Virus record (IMG/VR): IMGVR_UViG_3300045911_000150 | Location: 1 to 57,615 of that record | From: a virus | Lineage: Duplodnaviria > Caudoviricetes | Reading direction: 5' to 3' (one strand) | Length of the DNA: 57,615 nt | In this document: piece after piece, positions 18,503 through 28,925 of the stretch | Layout: each line of letters begins with the position of its first letter | Position numbering within the stretch: position 1 is the stretch's first letter | Made by a program: the position numbers and the translations under genes | Notes under the pieces: model-generated | Seen by the model: the letters and a program-made list of their open reading frames with translations, nothing else | The model's database searches: none | Told to the model about the DNA's origin: nothing

Positions 18503-21483
18503 GCACGCTGGAAATCGTCGAGGGATCGGCCGAGACCGTCTTCATCCCGGTGCCGCAAGCAGATCAACTCGTCATCGAGTCTGGCGGCCCGCCCGGAGCG
18601 CAAGGCCCTGCGGGGCCGCCCGGCCCGCAAGGCGACCCCGGCCCGCCTGGTCCGATCGGCCCGGCTGGCCCGGCTGGCCCGGCTGGCCCGGCTGGCCCTC
18701 AAGGCCCTGCAGGTGCCGCCGGTGCGCCCGGCCCCCAAGGACCCCCAGGCCCCGCAGGCCCCGCAGGTCCGCCCGGCCCCGCAGGTCCGCAGGGAACGCC
18801 GGGCGCGGATGGCGCTCCGGGTGCGGTCGGTCCGGCTGGTCTGACCGGCCCGCAGGGGCCTGCAGGCCCCACTGGTCTGACAGGTCCGGCTGGCCCGGCT
18901 GGTCCGGCTGGTCCGCAGGGGCCTGCTGGGCCGACCGGCGCGACCGGAGCAACCGGCCCGCAAGGCCCTGCCGGGCCGCAAGGCCCTGCGGGTGATCCGG
19001 GGCTGCAGGGCCCTCCCGGACCTGCGGGCCCTGCGGGGCCTCCGGGCAACCCTGGGCCTCCGGGTGACGTTGGTCCGGCCGGACCTCCGGGTGCCGTGGG
19101 TCCTGCAGGCCCCATTGGTCTGACAGGCCCGGCTGGTCCGGCTGGTCCGGCTGGTCCGCAGGGTCCGACAGGCGCGACCGGTCCGCAGGGGGTTCCAGGT
19201 GCTGTCGGCCCGGCAGGCCCGGCTGGCCCCGCGGGCCCGCAAGGTCCGCAAGGTCCGCAAGGTCCGCAAGGTCCGCAGGGGCCGACCGGCCCCGTCGGCC
19301 CGCAAGGCCCCGTTGGTCCCGCCGGCCCCGTCGGCCCGCAAGGACCGCAAGGCACAGGACTCACGCTGCTGGGGGAGCTGGATGACGTAGGCGACCTCCC
19401 AGGGTCTGCGACGCTAGGCGACGGCTACCTGATCGACGGCGAGCTCTGGGTCTGGAACGGCACGGACTGGGTGAACGCAGGTCAGGTGCAGGGTCCTGCA
19501 GGCCCTCAGGGCCCTGAAGGACCTGCAGGCGCGACAGGCGCGACTGGTCCGCAGGGGCCTGCTGGGCCGACCGGCGCGACAGGCGCGACCGGTCCTCAAG
19601 GCCCGCCTGGCCCTGCTGGTCCGACTGGCGCAGCTGGTCCGCAAGGACCTGCGGGGCCGCAAGGTCCGGCAGGTCCGGCTGGCGCGCAGGGTGCTACAGG
19701 CCCTGCAGGGCCGCAAGGCGTGCAAGGCGATCCTGGCCCTGCTGGCCCGACTGGCGCAACTGGTCCGCAAGGACCTGCGGGGCCGCAAGGTCCGGCAGGC
19801 CCGGCTGGCGCGCAGGGTGCTACAGGCCCTGCAGGGCCGCAAGGCGCGCAAGGCGATCCTGGCCCTGCTGGCCCTGCTGGCCCTGCTGGTCCGACTGGCG
19901 CAACTGGTCCGCAAGGGCCTGAGGGGCCGCAGGGCCCTGCGGGAACTCCGCCGCCGTCGCAGAACGTCAACACCGCTCCTGCGGAGGCACTGACCAATTT
20001 CCTCGGGCTGAACGGGTCGGGGGAGCTGGTGCAGACTGCGCCAGGGTCGCTGCCTGCCGGCTCGATTTCCAGAGCGACTCTTGTCGATGGCGTCGCGCTG
20101 AGCGTGATTGGTCGCAGTACGGACAGCGCGGGTGCGGTGGCCGACATCGCCGCAGCGAGCGATCATCAGGTGCTGCGCCGTTCGGGCAGCGAAATCGGCT
20201 TCGGCGCCGTGGCCCTGGATCAGAGCGCAGCCGTGACCGGCCTTCTGGCACTGACCAACGGCGGCACCGGTGCCAGCACGGCCGCGGCCGCACGCACCAA
20301 CCTGGGGCTGGGTAGCGCGGCGACCGAGACCGCGGCGGCCCTGCGCGACCGCAGCACGCACACTGGCACGCAGTCGGTCAGCACACTGACTGGCGAACTA
20401 CCTGTCGCCAACGGCGGCACCGGTGCAAGCACGGCCGCCGCCGCGCGCACCAACCTGGGTCTGGGCAGCGCGGCGACCGAGACCGCGGCGGCCCTGCGTG
20501 ACCGAAGCACCCACACTGGCACGCAATCGGTCAGCACACTGACTGGCGAACTACCTGTCGCCAACGGTGGCACCGGTGCCAGCACGGCAGCCGCCGCGCG
20601 CACCAACCTGGGGCTGGGTAGTGCGGCGACCGAGACCGCGGCGGCCCTGCGCGACCGCAGCACGCACACCGGCACTCAACCGGTGGACACGTTGACCGGA
20701 GTGTTACCTGTCGCCAACGGCGGCACCGGTGCCAGCACGGCCGCCGCTGCGCGCACCAACCTGGGGCTGGGCACTGCCGCCACCGCGGCCGTGACGACCA
20801 GCGCGACCGACAACACCGCCGGTCGGCTGCTGAAGACGGGCGACAGCGCGAATCTTCTGTCCGCAAGCCCGTCGCGGCGCATGACAATCGGCGGCACGGC
20901 CAATTCCATCACCCTGCAGACCGGCCCGTCCCCAGTTTTCACCGGCACCCCGCCCACGGGCCTGCAGCTGCGCTTCCGCGCGACGGCGGCCAACACCGGC
21001 GCGACCACCATTGCGCTGGACGGCGGCTCGTCCATCGCTTGCCGGACCGTCACTGGAGTGGCTCTGCCTTCGGGCTATATTCGCACAGATGTCGAGACCG
21101 AGGCAGTATTCGACGGGACTTTCTGGGTGCTACGGCGCTGGCCTGAAATCGGGTCCAATGGAAATGGAAGATTTCAGCGTCTGGAAACAGGCCAAATGAC
21201 GTGCTGGCGTGATCCTTTCACTATCACCGGCCTCAGTGTCGCGACAAACGGCATTTACAATTCCCCGCAATACGATTTCCCGGCGGAGTTTTCCGGGCAG
21301 CCGTGCCGAAACTATGACGGAATGACCACCACCGGCAGCGGCGCCCGACTGCCGAATGCACTGGTAGACGACAGCTATACATCTAATTCGGTGCCGTGGA
21401 GATTCACCTTCAGGAATGTGCACGCCACGACGATCACGCAAATCACCAAGGTGCAGATGACTGCCATCGGGCGCTGGTATTGA
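18499..21483 (+). CDS. Collagen-like tail fibre protein
   Basis: Two long Gly-X-Y blocks; 51-aa GGTGAST...RTNLGLG repeats; C-terminal AIGRWY typical of fibre tips. Confidence 0.9.
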   Translation: MSTLEIVEGSAETVFIPVPQADQLVIESGGPPGAQGPAGPPGPQGDPGPPGPIGPAGPAGPAGPAGPQGPAGAAGAPGPQGPPGPAGPAGPPGPAGPQGTPGADGAPGAVGPAGLTGPQGPAGPTGLTGPAGPAGPAGPQGPAGPTGATGATGPQGPAGPQGPAGDPGLQGPPGPAGPAGPPGNPGPPGDVGPAGPPGAVGPAGPIGLTGPAGPAGPAGPQGPTGATGPQGVPGAVGPAGPAGPAGPQGPQGPQGPQGPQGPTGPVGPQGPVGPAGPVGPQGPQGTGLTLLGELDDVGDLPGSATLGDGYLIDGELWVWNGTDWVNAGQVQGPAGPQGPEGPAGATGATGPQGPAGPTGATGATGPQGPPGPAGPTGAAGPQGPAGPQGPAGPAGAQGATGPAGPQGVQGDPGPAGPTGATGPQGPAGPQGPAGPAGAQGATGPAGPQGAQGDPGPAGPAGPAGPTGATGPQGPEGPQGPAGTPPPSQNVNTAPAEALTNFLGLNGSGELVQTAPGSLPAGSISRATLVDGVALSVIGRSTDSAGAVADIAAASDHQVLRRSGSEIGFGAVALDQSAAVTGLLALTNGGTGASTAAAARTNLGLGSAATETAAALRDRSTHTGTQSVSTLTGELPVANGGTGASTAAAARTNLGLGSAATETAAALRDRSTHTGTQSVSTLTGELPVANGGTGASTAAAARTNLGLGSAATETAAALRDRSTHTGTQPVDTLTGVLPVANGGTGASTAAAARTNLGLGTAATAAVTTSATDNTAGRLLKTGDSANLLSASPSRRMTIGGTANSITLQTGPSPVFTGTPPTGLQLRFRATAANTGATTIALDGGSSIACRTVTGVALPSGYIRTDVETEAVFDGTFWVLRRWPEIGSNGNGRFQRLETGQMTCWRDPFTITGLSVATNGIYNSPQYDFPAEFSGQPCRNYDGMTTTGSGARLPNALVDDSYTSNSVPWRFTFRNVHATTITQITKVQMTAIGRWY
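20260..20775 (+). repeat. 153-bp in-frame tandem repeat, about 3.3 copies
   Basis: Unit starts at 20260, 20413, 20566 and 20719. Confidence 0.9.
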
Positions 21484-21494
21484 GGGAGGCCACA

Positions 21495-21797
21495 ATGATC
21501 CTGACCTTGAGCCCCATCAGCGCCTTTCGTCCAGAGACGACGATTTTCGTCTTAGGCGACGTGCTGACGGTCGATGGCATCCCCTACGACCTGTCTCCGG
21601 TGCCCGAGGGCGGCGAGGGATGGCCCGAGGGCGATCACCCCTTCGTCGGGCCGATCCGCCGTGACGGGGGCGCGATTCACGCCACGGTGCGCGTGTTTCT
21701 GGGCCCGACCGCCGCGCCCGACCAGCCCGACAGCCCCTGGACGGTCGAGGCCGGGGACGGCCCCGTCGCCATCCCCTGCGCGAGGACCCCGGCATGA
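21495..21797 (+). CDS. Tail-fibre-associated protein
   Basis: GGGAGG RBS; GDVLTVDG..YDLS.VPEG motif typical of post-fibre genes. Confidence 0.65.
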   Translation: MILTLSPISAFRPETTIFVLGDVLTVDGIPYDLSPVPEGGEGWPEGDHPFVGPIRRDGGAIHATVRVFLGPTAAPDQPDSPWTVEAGDGPVAIPCARTPA

Positions 21798-22117
21798 CCT
21801 TTGCCCTGACCATCCGCACCTCCGACGAGCTGGCGGCTGAGGCCCGCGCCGCGGCCGAGCGCGACATCGCGGCGGCTATCGACGCCCGGGTCGAGGCGCA
21901 GGCCCGGGAGCTCGGCTACAACTCGGCCGCGCACCTGGCTGGCTACGTCAGCTCGACCGTGCCGCAGTGGGCGGCTGAGGCGCAGGCTTTCGTGGCATGG
22001 CGCGACGCGGTCTGGCTAGCGGCTTTCGAGGTGCAGACGCAAGCTCTCGCGGCCCAAGAGGTACCGAGCCTCGATGATGTGCTGGCCGCCCTTCCGGCGT
22101 GGGAGGGCGTGCCGTGA
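21794..22117 (+). CDS. Probable tail fibre assembly/chaperone protein
   Basis: A...GY.S......Y..S.VPQW.AEA.AF.AWRD.VW motif. Confidence 0.65.
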   Translation: MTFALTIRTSDELAAEARAAAERDIAAAIDARVEAQARELGYNSAAHLAGYVSSTVPQWAAEAQAFVAWRDAVWLAAFEVQTQALAAQEVPSLDDVLAALPAWEGVP

Positions 22118-22308
22118 CAATCGCTCTGTCGGGAGGAAACGGTCTGCTTGTCGGGAACTTTCCCGGCGGGTTGCGGTTGCTGACCGCGACGCTTCCGGTG
22201 ATCCAGCAGGTCTACGATCCGCCGAATGGCGATAACGTCATCCTGAACTTCACCGGAACCTACACACCGCCGAATGGCGACAACGTCATTTTGAACTTTA
22301 CCAACTGA
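22114..22308 (+). CDS. Small protein with a duplicated Y.PPNGDNVILNFT motif
   Basis: GTG start coupled to the upstream stop; internal repeat. Confidence 0.55.
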   Translation: MTIALSGGNGLLVGNFPGGLRLLTATLPVIQQVYDPPNGDNVILNFTGTYTPPNGDNVILNFTN

Positions 22309-22315
22309 GGAAAAA

Positions 22316-23200
22316 ATGGCTCAATTCACGAAAATCTTTCCGTCACGGTTTCAGACTGACGGAACGGTTATTCCCGCAGGGAACTCTGCGTTCAGCGATT
22401 TGACGCTTGGGACGGGGTTGACGAACTGGCGACCTTGGTATGAGTTTCCCGGATGCTTTGCGCGCGAGGGCGGTAGTGGGAACGGAATGTCGCTGCGCAT
22501 TACCGCGAACGATACCGCGACCCAGGATCACGAAATCCTTGCGGTTCTTCCCGGCCCCAACGTCAGTCAAAACAGCGCAGTAATGTGCCGTTCCACCGCT
22601 TCCTGGGCCACTCAACCGAATGGGAACATTTGGGCCTATCTTTGGGGGGACGGCAGGCTTTACGTCGAACGCAGAAACACCAGCGGCAACTCGGCGACGG
22701 TCGGCAACATCAACCTCGTTTCCCTCGGGCGGGATACGCGCCCGATCCTGTGCAGGCTAAAGGTTACGGGCGGCGCGGCTTCAACCCGCGTTCGCTGCAA
22801 GGCTTGGTCGTTTCAGCAGAATGAGCCGGGCTCTTGGGACATCGACACGACCCTTAGCATAACGGTGAATGCTGACGGATACCCCGTTCTTTGCAGAACT
22901 GGAACGGGGTGGCCTGGTTTCCTCGGAATGGCGTTTTCGGTCGGGACCGACAGCGATGAGGCCCCGAACTTCGTAGGCACCATCTCGGGACAAGTTCAGG
23001 TCAACGGAACCCCCCAGAGCGGCCGAACCGTTCGGGCAGTCGCCCGCGAAGACCCGGGCTATCATTGGGACGCAGTCAGCGATGGCTCTGGAAACTTCAG
23101 CCTGAAAGTCCTCAAGGACTTCACCTACGCTGTCTACGCCATGGATGTTCTTGTAGGCGACTTCAACGCCGTGATCTACGACAAGATCGTGCCTGTCTGA
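22316..23200 (+). CDS. Putative second receptor-binding protein (lectin-like beta-sandwich plus carboxypeptidase-regulatory-like C-terminus)
   Basis: GAGG RBS; KAW...EPGSW; GTISGQV.VNG.P...TVRA...SDGSGNF; visibly lower GC. Confidence 0.55.
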   Translation: MAQFTKIFPSRFQTDGTVIPAGNSAFSDLTLGTGLTNWRPWYEFPGCFAREGGSGNGMSLRITANDTATQDHEILAVLPGPNVSQNSAVMCRSTASWATQPNGNIWAYLWGDGRLYVERRNTSGNSATVGNINLVSLGRDTRPILCRLKVTGGAASTRVRCKAWSFQQNEPGSWDIDTTLSITVNADGYPVLCRTGTGWPGFLGMAFSVGTDSDEAPNFVGTISGQVQVNGTPQSGRTVRAVAREDPGYHWDAVSDGSGNFSLKVLKDFTYAVYAMDVLVGDFNAVIYDKIVPV

Positions 23201-23265
23201 CCGCTGACCGCACTTGCCGTTCGCCCTTGGAGCGAGTAGACACCTGAACTAGTTGGAGGGCGCAG

Positions 23266-23640
23266 ATGACGGTTACACTGCCAGAGGTATGGAGCGTTTC
23301 CGTCGGTGCCCTTGCGGGCCTGATCGTGGCCATGGTCGTCGCAGTATGGGCTGCGGCGGCGGCCTACTGGAGCGTCATGCGCGGGATTGCGGAGTTGCGT
23401 GCCAGTGTGGCAGCCGGTCTGCACGACGTGCAGAAAGACCTTGATCGCTTGCGGGAGCGAAACATGGAGCGAGACACCCGCACGACCGCGAGCGACCTCA
23501 AGCTGACCGAGCTGGATCGAACGATCGCCGTGCTGCAAGAGCGTGTTCGAGAAATGGAGAACAAGCTCGATCAGGTGCTTCGCTTGATCGAACGAAGCGC
23601 GCTAGCTGCGCGTCGGCGCAAGGGGGAGGACGAAGAATGA
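23266..23640 (+). CDS. Membrane protein (N-terminal TM plus coiled coil), possible holin/antiholin
   Basis: GGAGG RBS; hydrophobic N-terminus; directly upstream of the endolysin. Confidence 0.6.
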   Translation: MTVTLPEVWSVSVGALAGLIVAMVVAVWAAAAAYWSVMRGIAELRASVAAGLHDVQKDLDRLRERNMERDTRTTASDLKLTELDRTIAVLQERVREMENKLDQVLRLIERSALAARRRKGEDEE

Positions 23641-24455
23641 TTGCAGCGCAGCGGTTCGAGCGAGTCATGGCGGAGGTGTTCCGTCACGAGGGGGGCTATG
23701 TGGACCACCCGCGCGACCCCGGCGGAGCCACCAACATGGGGATCACTCACCGCACGCTGGCCGACTGGCGCGGGCGCCCGGTGACCAAGGACGATGTGCG
23801 CAACCTGACCCGCACCGAGGCGATGGCGATCTACCGGGCGCGCTACTGGGCGCCGGTGCGTGGAGACGAGCTTCCGGCCGGGCTGGATTTTGTGGCGATG
23901 GATGCGGGTGTGAACGCCGGCCCCCGTCGCGGAATCGAGTGGCTGCAGCGCGGCATCGTTGCGGCAGGGCAGCCCATCCGCGTGGATGGCGCGATCGGCC
24001 CTGAGACGATCAGCGCAGCTCAAACGGTCAGGGCTGCCGGGCGCGTGGTCGAGGCTGTGAGGGCGGCCTGCGCGGCGCGGCTGGCGTTCAAGCGTCGGCT
24101 GGCCACGTGGGATGTGTTCGGGCGGGGCTGGTCGCGGCGGGTGGCTGAGGTCGAGGCCAAGGCCGTGCGCTGGGCGGTCGAGGATACGGGGCAGCCCGCA
24201 CGGCCGACGCTGATCGCTCAGGAGACGCGGGCGCACTGGGACGAGGTTGCGGCGCAGCGCAACGCGGGCGCGGCTGTTGTGGCCACGCCCGCGGCAGGTG
24301 TGGGCGTCGACCAGGCTGTGGGCGCCGTGAGCTGGGGCTGGATTCCGGTCATTGTCATCGGGTCGGTCGTCGTGCTTGTCTTCGCGCGACAGGTGGTCGA
24401 GGCGCGGGAGCGGAAGCAAGCCTACCGCAACGAGGCGCTGGAGGCGAAGCCATGA
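23637..24455 (+). CDS. Endolysin, glycoside hydrolase family 108 with peptidoglycan-binding region
   Basis: HEGGYVDHPRDPGGATNMGIT, VDGAIGPET, FGRGWSRRV; C-terminal hydrophobic helix. Confidence 0.92.
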   Translation: MIAAQRFERVMAEVFRHEGGYVDHPRDPGGATNMGITHRTLADWRGRPVTKDDVRNLTRTEAMAIYRARYWAPVRGDELPAGLDFVAMDAGVNAGPRRGIEWLQRGIVAAGQPIRVDGAIGPETISAAQTVRAAGRVVEAVRAACAARLAFKRRLATWDVFGRGWSRRVAEVEAKAVRWAVEDTGQPARPTLIAQETRAHWDEVAAQRNAGAAVVATPAAGVGVDQAVGAVSWGWIPVIVIGSVVVLVFARQVVEARERKQAYRNEALEAKP

Positions 24456-24664
24456 GGGACTTCCTGCGCGGCTGGCGCACGATCATCGTCAACACGGTCA
24501 CGCTGCTGTTCGTGGCTCTGGAAGTGCTGGTCCCAGTGCTCCACCTGCCCGAGTTCCTTGCGGTGCTGCCGCCCGAGTGGGCGCCCTACGTCGTGCTTGG
24601 GCTGGCGGTGGTCAACATCCTGCTGCGCGTCGACACGCGCACACCACCGGGGCGCAGCGAATGA
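24452..24664 (+). CDS. Probable holin (2 TM)
   Basis: 70 aa, GWRT..VN start, two hydrophobic helices, coupled to the endolysin. Confidence 0.65.
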   Translation: MRDFLRGWRTIIVNTVTLLFVALEVLVPVLHLPEFLAVLPPEWAPYVVLGLAVVNILLRVDTRTPPGRSE

Positions 24665-24723
24665 TTCGGGCGCTGGTGAGCTGGCTGACCAGCGGTGTGC
24701 TGGACCGGCTGCGGCGCCCTTGA
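24661..24723 (+). pseudogene. Possible truncated lysis-gene remnant (MIRALVSWLTSGVLDRLRRP)
   Basis: ATGA overlap with the holin stop; amphipathic start; stops after 20 codons. Confidence 0.35.
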
Positions 24724-24774
24724 CAGCGCCCACCCTCTGAGCGAGGGTGAAGGCCTCCCTGGGCTGGGCAGAAG

Positions 24775-25059
24775 ATGGCAGAAACGCGCAAGGGCATGGT
24801 GTCTGCAAGCGACCCGCGCCTCAAGCGCGCGGGGGTCGCGGGGTTCAACAAGCCCAAGGCGACCCCCTCCCATCCGACCAAGAGCCACATCGTCGTCGCC
24901 AAGTCCGGCGACCAGATCAAGACGATCCGCTTCGGTGAGCAGGGCGCCAAGACCAACCAGAGCGCCAAGCAGCGCGAGGCCTTCAAGGCCCGGCACGCCA
25001 AGAACATCGCCAAGGGCAAGATGTCGGCGGCGTGGTGGGCGAACAAGGTCAAATGGTGA
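24775..25059 (+). CDS. Small, very basic conserved phage protein
   Basis: NKPK.TPSHPTKSH.V.AK.G...K.IRFG.QG...FKARH; K-rich. Confidence 0.75.
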   Translation: MAETRKGMVSASDPRLKRAGVAGFNKPKATPSHPTKSHIVVAKSGDQIKTIRFGEQGAKTNQSAKQREAFKARHAKNIAKGKMSAAWWANKVKW

Positions 25060-25065
25060 CCACCA

Positions 25066-26133
25066 GTGGACGCTGAGCAGCCAACAGACAAGCGACTTCG
25101 ACAGCCTTCGGAGTCCGTAATTGTCGGGCAGTTCGACGGCATCAAGAACACCGCGACGCCTGAGCGGCTGGGGCCGAGCGACCTGGAGCGCGCCGTCAAC
25201 GTCGACATCGACAACGAGGGGCAGGTGCGCCGTCGGCGCGGCTACGCCCGGCTCCTGACGGGCAGCTTCCACAGCGCCTGGACGGCGCCCGACGGGCGCA
25301 CCTTCGTCGTGCGCGACGGCCAGCTCGTCCTGCTGCGGCCCGACCTGACTGTCGTCCCTCTCGGGGCGGGCGGCACGCGCCCGATCAGCTACCAGTCTGT
25401 GGGGGGCACAGTCTACTTCTCGTCGCGCTCTGTGAGCGGCAAGATCTTGCCCGATCTGACGGTCGCGCCCTGGGGCCAGACCGGCGGCGACGGGCAGTGG
25501 CTGTCGCCCGTGGTCCGGCCGACCGACACGCTGGGCGAGGTGCAGGGGCGCATCCTGCGCGCGCCGCCGTTGGCCGAGTGGCTGACTCACCACAATGGTC
25601 GGATCTACCTCGCCACCGGGAGCGTGCTCTGGGCCACCGAGATGTTCCTCTACGACTTCGTGGACGCCACCCGGACCTTCTTCCAGTACGAGGCTCCGAT
25701 CACCGGACTGGCGGCGTGCGGCGACGGCTTCTACGTCGGCACGACCGAGGCGGTCTATTTCGTCAGCGGCGCGCTGCGGGAGCTGAACCGGCGCACCGTG
25801 GTGCAGTCTGGCTGCATCCCCGGGTCGATGATCCCGATCACCGGCGACGTGGCCGCCAAGGCCGGCGAGCCGTCGCTGCAGCACCGCGAGGGGGTCATGT
25901 TCATGACGGCCGAGGGGCTGATCGTCGGGTTCAACAACGGCTTCTGCCGCAACATGACGGCCGGCCGGGTCATGTTCCCCAGCGCCGACCGGGTCGCGCC
26001 GATGCTGCGCGAGCAGGACGGGATGCACCACTACCTGGCTGTCGCTCAAACCGGCGGCGCACCGATCTCCCGGGCCAACCTGGGGGACTGGGTCGACATC
26101 GAGATCGTGCGGGGTCCGCGCCGCGCCATCTGA
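25066..26133 (+). CDS. Probable tail nozzle/stabilisation protein (beta-propeller-like)
   Basis: FDGI.N...AVNVDID..G...RRRGY N-terminus typical of podovirus tail tubular proteins. Confidence 0.6.
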   Translation: MDAEQPTDKRLRQPSESVIVGQFDGIKNTATPERLGPSDLERAVNVDIDNEGQVRRRRGYARLLTGSFHSAWTAPDGRTFVVRDGQLVLLRPDLTVVPLGAGGTRPISYQSVGGTVYFSSRSVSGKILPDLTVAPWGQTGGDGQWLSPVVRPTDTLGEVQGRILRAPPLAEWLTHHNGRIYLATGSVLWATEMFLYDFVDATRTFFQYEAPITGLAACGDGFYVGTTEAVYFVSGALRELNRRTVVQSGCIPGSMIPITGDVAAKAGEPSLQHREGVMFMTAEGLIVGFNNGFCRNMTAGRVMFPSADRVAPMLREQDGMHHYLAVAQTGGAPISRANLGDWVDIEIVRGPRRAI

Positions 26134-26210
26134 CCGCCAGTTGCTTGCTTGCGCCGTTGAGGATACAGTGCCGCTGCAATACCCTACATCACTTCAGCAG
26201 GAGCGCGCCC

Positions 26211-26756
26211 ATGGAGGGTCTCGAACCGATCTACAAGTCCCTGCCCAGCGGCCTCATGGTGCCCGACGGCAAGCTGCACGTCCACGGCTGGTACCATGGC
26301 CAGATCGTCCGGGATGGCGAGGTGATCGACGAGTTCGAGGCCCCGAACCTGGTGGTCAACCAGGGGCTCGATCTGGTGCTCGACGTGGTGTTCCGCGGGC
26401 AGTCCGGGCCGGGCGCGTGGTACCTCGGCCTCTACCAAGGCACCTACACCCCCGTGGCCACCGTCACCGCCGCCACCATCGCATCCGCGTCCAACGAGCT
26501 GGTCGACTACTCCGAAGCGACGCGGCCGGTGTGGACGCCGGGCGCGGTCGATAACCGCGTGGTGAGCAACAGCGCCTCGCGCGCGACCTTCACCTTCACG
26601 GCGGCGCGCACGGTCCGCGGGGCGTTCCTGATCAACAGCTCGACCAAGAACGGCACGGCAGGCATCCTGGCGTCCGCGTCGAGCTTCGGAACGCCGCGCA
26701 CGGTCGAGTCCTCGGATCAGCTGCTGCTGACCTACAACGTCTCCGCCGCGAGCTGA
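26211..26756 (+). CDS. Tail structural protein
   Basis: AGGAG RBS; NLVVNQG, WYLGL, TVRGAFL and L.LTY patterns. Confidence 0.65.
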   Translation: MEGLEPIYKSLPSGLMVPDGKLHVHGWYHGQIVRDGEVIDEFEAPNLVVNQGLDLVLDVVFRGQSGPGAWYLGLYQGTYTPVATVTAATIASASNELVDYSEATRPVWTPGAVDNRVVSNSASRATFTFTAARTVRGAFLINSSTKNGTAGILASASSFGTPRTVESSDQLLLTYNVSAAS

Positions 26757-27925
26757 TGCCTGAGGTCTACGAGGAGGAGGTCGACGGCAAGCCCGACACC
26801 GAGTTTTTGTGCCTTGTCGCGACCATAGCGACTCGGCAGAGGTTTGTGTCGCCCTTCGCTTACTTCAGCGTCTCGGATGAGACGGACTATGCCTGGCTGG
26901 AAGGGCTCAGTCTGAGCGACGGCTTCACCCTGGCGGGCGAGGCTCTGACGGACGCGGCTGCAGCGATCCTGCGGGAGCGGCTCACGCTCGGAGATACCCT
27001 GGCGCCGGGGCTCATGTATGGCCTGCTGGTGCAGACCGTGCTCAGGCTGCAAGACGCGCTGGCGCGGCAGTCCGCGCTGAGCGCGACCGAGACGATCACG
27101 CTCAGCGACGTGACCAGTCTGTTCGACGCCCTGCAGGCCATCGAGCAGGTGGGGCTGAGCGACGCGCTGTTCGGCTCGGTCATCCGGGGCCGGACGCTCA
27201 GCGAGCAGCTCCGGTTGCAGGACACGCTTCTGCGCTTCTTCGGCGCGACGGCCGAGAGCCTGCTCACCATGGCCGACGTGATGAGCACGCTGACCCGACG
27301 TGCGCTCGCAGTCGCCGAGCCGCTGACGGTTGCCGACAGCATGGCGCCTGTGGCCGTGATGCGCGTGACGACTGTCGAGCCGGTTCAGATCACGGCAACC
27401 AGCCTGCTGCAGCTGCTCTACTCGCAGACGCTGAGCGACGAGATCGAGCTGGAGGCCCTGTTCCGCACCCCGCAGGGGGTGGCGACCTGGGCGATGAACA
27501 CGCGCACCGGTGCCGTGACGCAGTACGACAACTTCGCCTTCAACAGCTTCGCGCGACTGGGTCTCCGGTACCTGGGCGCGGCCGACAACGGGCTGTACGA
27601 GCTGGTGGGCGACGACGACGAGGGCGACCCGATCATCGCTACGCTCAAGAGCGGCGCGCTGCAGATGAGCCAGACGCGCCTGCACGGCCTGCGCGCGGTC
27701 TACCTGGGCGTCAACGGCGAGGGCGAGTTCTTCCTGCGCCTCACGGGCGGCAACGGCGAGACCTACCTCTACAGGGTACTAGCGCGCGACATGGAGAACA
27801 CCAAGGTGTGGACAGGGAAGGGTTTGCGCCACCGGTACCTGACCTACGAGCTGATCTCCACCGGGCAGGACTTCGATCTCGACACGATCGAGTTCGTGCC
27901 CATGCGTCCGCGCCGCCGTGTCTGA
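26756..27925 (+). CDS. Tail structural protein with E-x-L-x-L-x-D repeats
   Basis: Coupled start; C-terminal WAMNTRTGAVTQYDNFAFNSF. Confidence 0.6.
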   Translation: MPEVYEEEVDGKPDTEFLCLVATIATRQRFVSPFAYFSVSDETDYAWLEGLSLSDGFTLAGEALTDAAAAILRERLTLGDTLAPGLMYGLLVQTVLRLQDALARQSALSATETITLSDVTSLFDALQAIEQVGLSDALFGSVIRGRTLSEQLRLQDTLLRFFGATAESLLTMADVMSTLTRRALAVAEPLTVADSMAPVAVMRVTTVEPVQITATSLLQLLYSQTLSDEIELEALFRTPQGVATWAMNTRTGAVTQYDNFAFNSFARLGLRYLGAADNGLYELVGDDDEGDPIIATLKSGALQMSQTRLHGLRAVYLGVNGEGEFFLRLTGGNGETYLYRVLARDMENTKVWTGKGLRHRYLTYELISTGQDFDLDTIEFVPMRPRRRV

Positions 27926-28925
27926 GCGATCAGGATCCGCCCTGCCGCGGTTCAATCCGCTGGTCAACGTCGTGGCGGGTCCGCCATCTGCTGCAGGCAT
28001 GTTCCAGCCACCCGCTGTCGTAGCGCCTGTCCGCGTCCTGGGGGTCGAGAACCCGTTTGCCGCGAGAGCCATCGTGGACGGGCTGGCGCAGCAGATCAAC
28101 GCTTTCTACCAGATGGCCCAGATGCAGCACCAGATGGCGGGTCGCGGGTTCAGCCACCAGCTGCGGGAGGTGAACGGCGCGCGGCTGCGGTTCATCGCCA
28201 ACGGCGGGCAGTCGATGGTCGAGGTCATGCCCGCGATCGAACCGCTGATCGAGCCGCTGGTCGAGCCGCTGCCATCTCCCGAGCTATCGCCGGTAATGCT
28301 GCGCGAGTCCTGGGTTGCGCGGTACAGATTCGTCGCTTGGGGAGGTCCTCACCGCGGGCCCGGCCTCTCGACGGGGGTGGTGTCGCCTGCCCAGCTGAGT
28401 CAGTTCGGGGACAATGCGGTCGCGCGGGCCCGAGGACCCGGCACGGCTCTAGACCAGCGGTTCAGCGTCCTGAGAAACTCGCAGACCGCATTCTGGCAGG
28501 GCGTGCAGCTGTCGCCGACTCAAGCGTATTTCTCGACGTTCTACTGGGCGCTCGGGTTCGTCGGCTTCAACACCCGCAAAGAAGCCGAGGAATGGACCCC
28601 TCCTTCATCGGGCGCGAGCCTGTGGTCGCTCGCCATCCCCGGCAACGTCTTCTACAACATCGGCACACCCGAGAATCCTCAGATCGTGTTCTGGGCTTAT
28701 TCGACCTGGGTGCTACCGCCTGCGATGGTACCCTTTACGCCCATGCCTAGCCCGACCAAGCTGGATGTCTTCCGTACGTCCGCAGAGGCATACAACATGG
28801 CGCGTACTCTGGTGCCTGGCCTTGGTTTGCCGAGCGATGTGATCCAGGCTCGCTTCCCGGAGCTGGACACGGTCCAGCTGTTCGCGCTGATAGACTGGCC
28901 TCCTCCGCCGGCACCTGTCGGGTGA
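27918..28925 (+). CDS. Hypothetical virion-region protein
   Basis: Long ORF in the late operon overlapping the previous stop. Confidence 0.55.
   Translation: MSERSGSALPRFNPLVNVVAGPPSAAGMFQPPAVVAPVRVLGVENPFAARAIVDGLAQQINAFYQMAQMQHQMAGRGFSHQLREVNGARLRFIANGGQSMVEVMPAIEPLIEPLVEPLPSPELSPVMLRESWVARYRFVAWGGPHRGPGLSTGVVSPAQLSQFGDNAVARARGPGTALDQRFSVLRNSQTAFWQGVQLSPTQAYFSTFYWALGFVGFNTRKEAEEWTPPSSGASLWSLAIPGNVFYNIGTPENPQIVFWAYSTWVLPPAMVPFTPMPSPTKLDVFRTSAEAYNMARTLVPGLGLPSDVIQARFPELDTVQLFALIDWPPPPAPVG

Noticed and set aside
20260-23200. Diversity-generating retroelement or invertible tail-fibre switch
   Set aside because: No reverse transcriptase or invertase, and no TR/VR pair with adenine-specific differences seen
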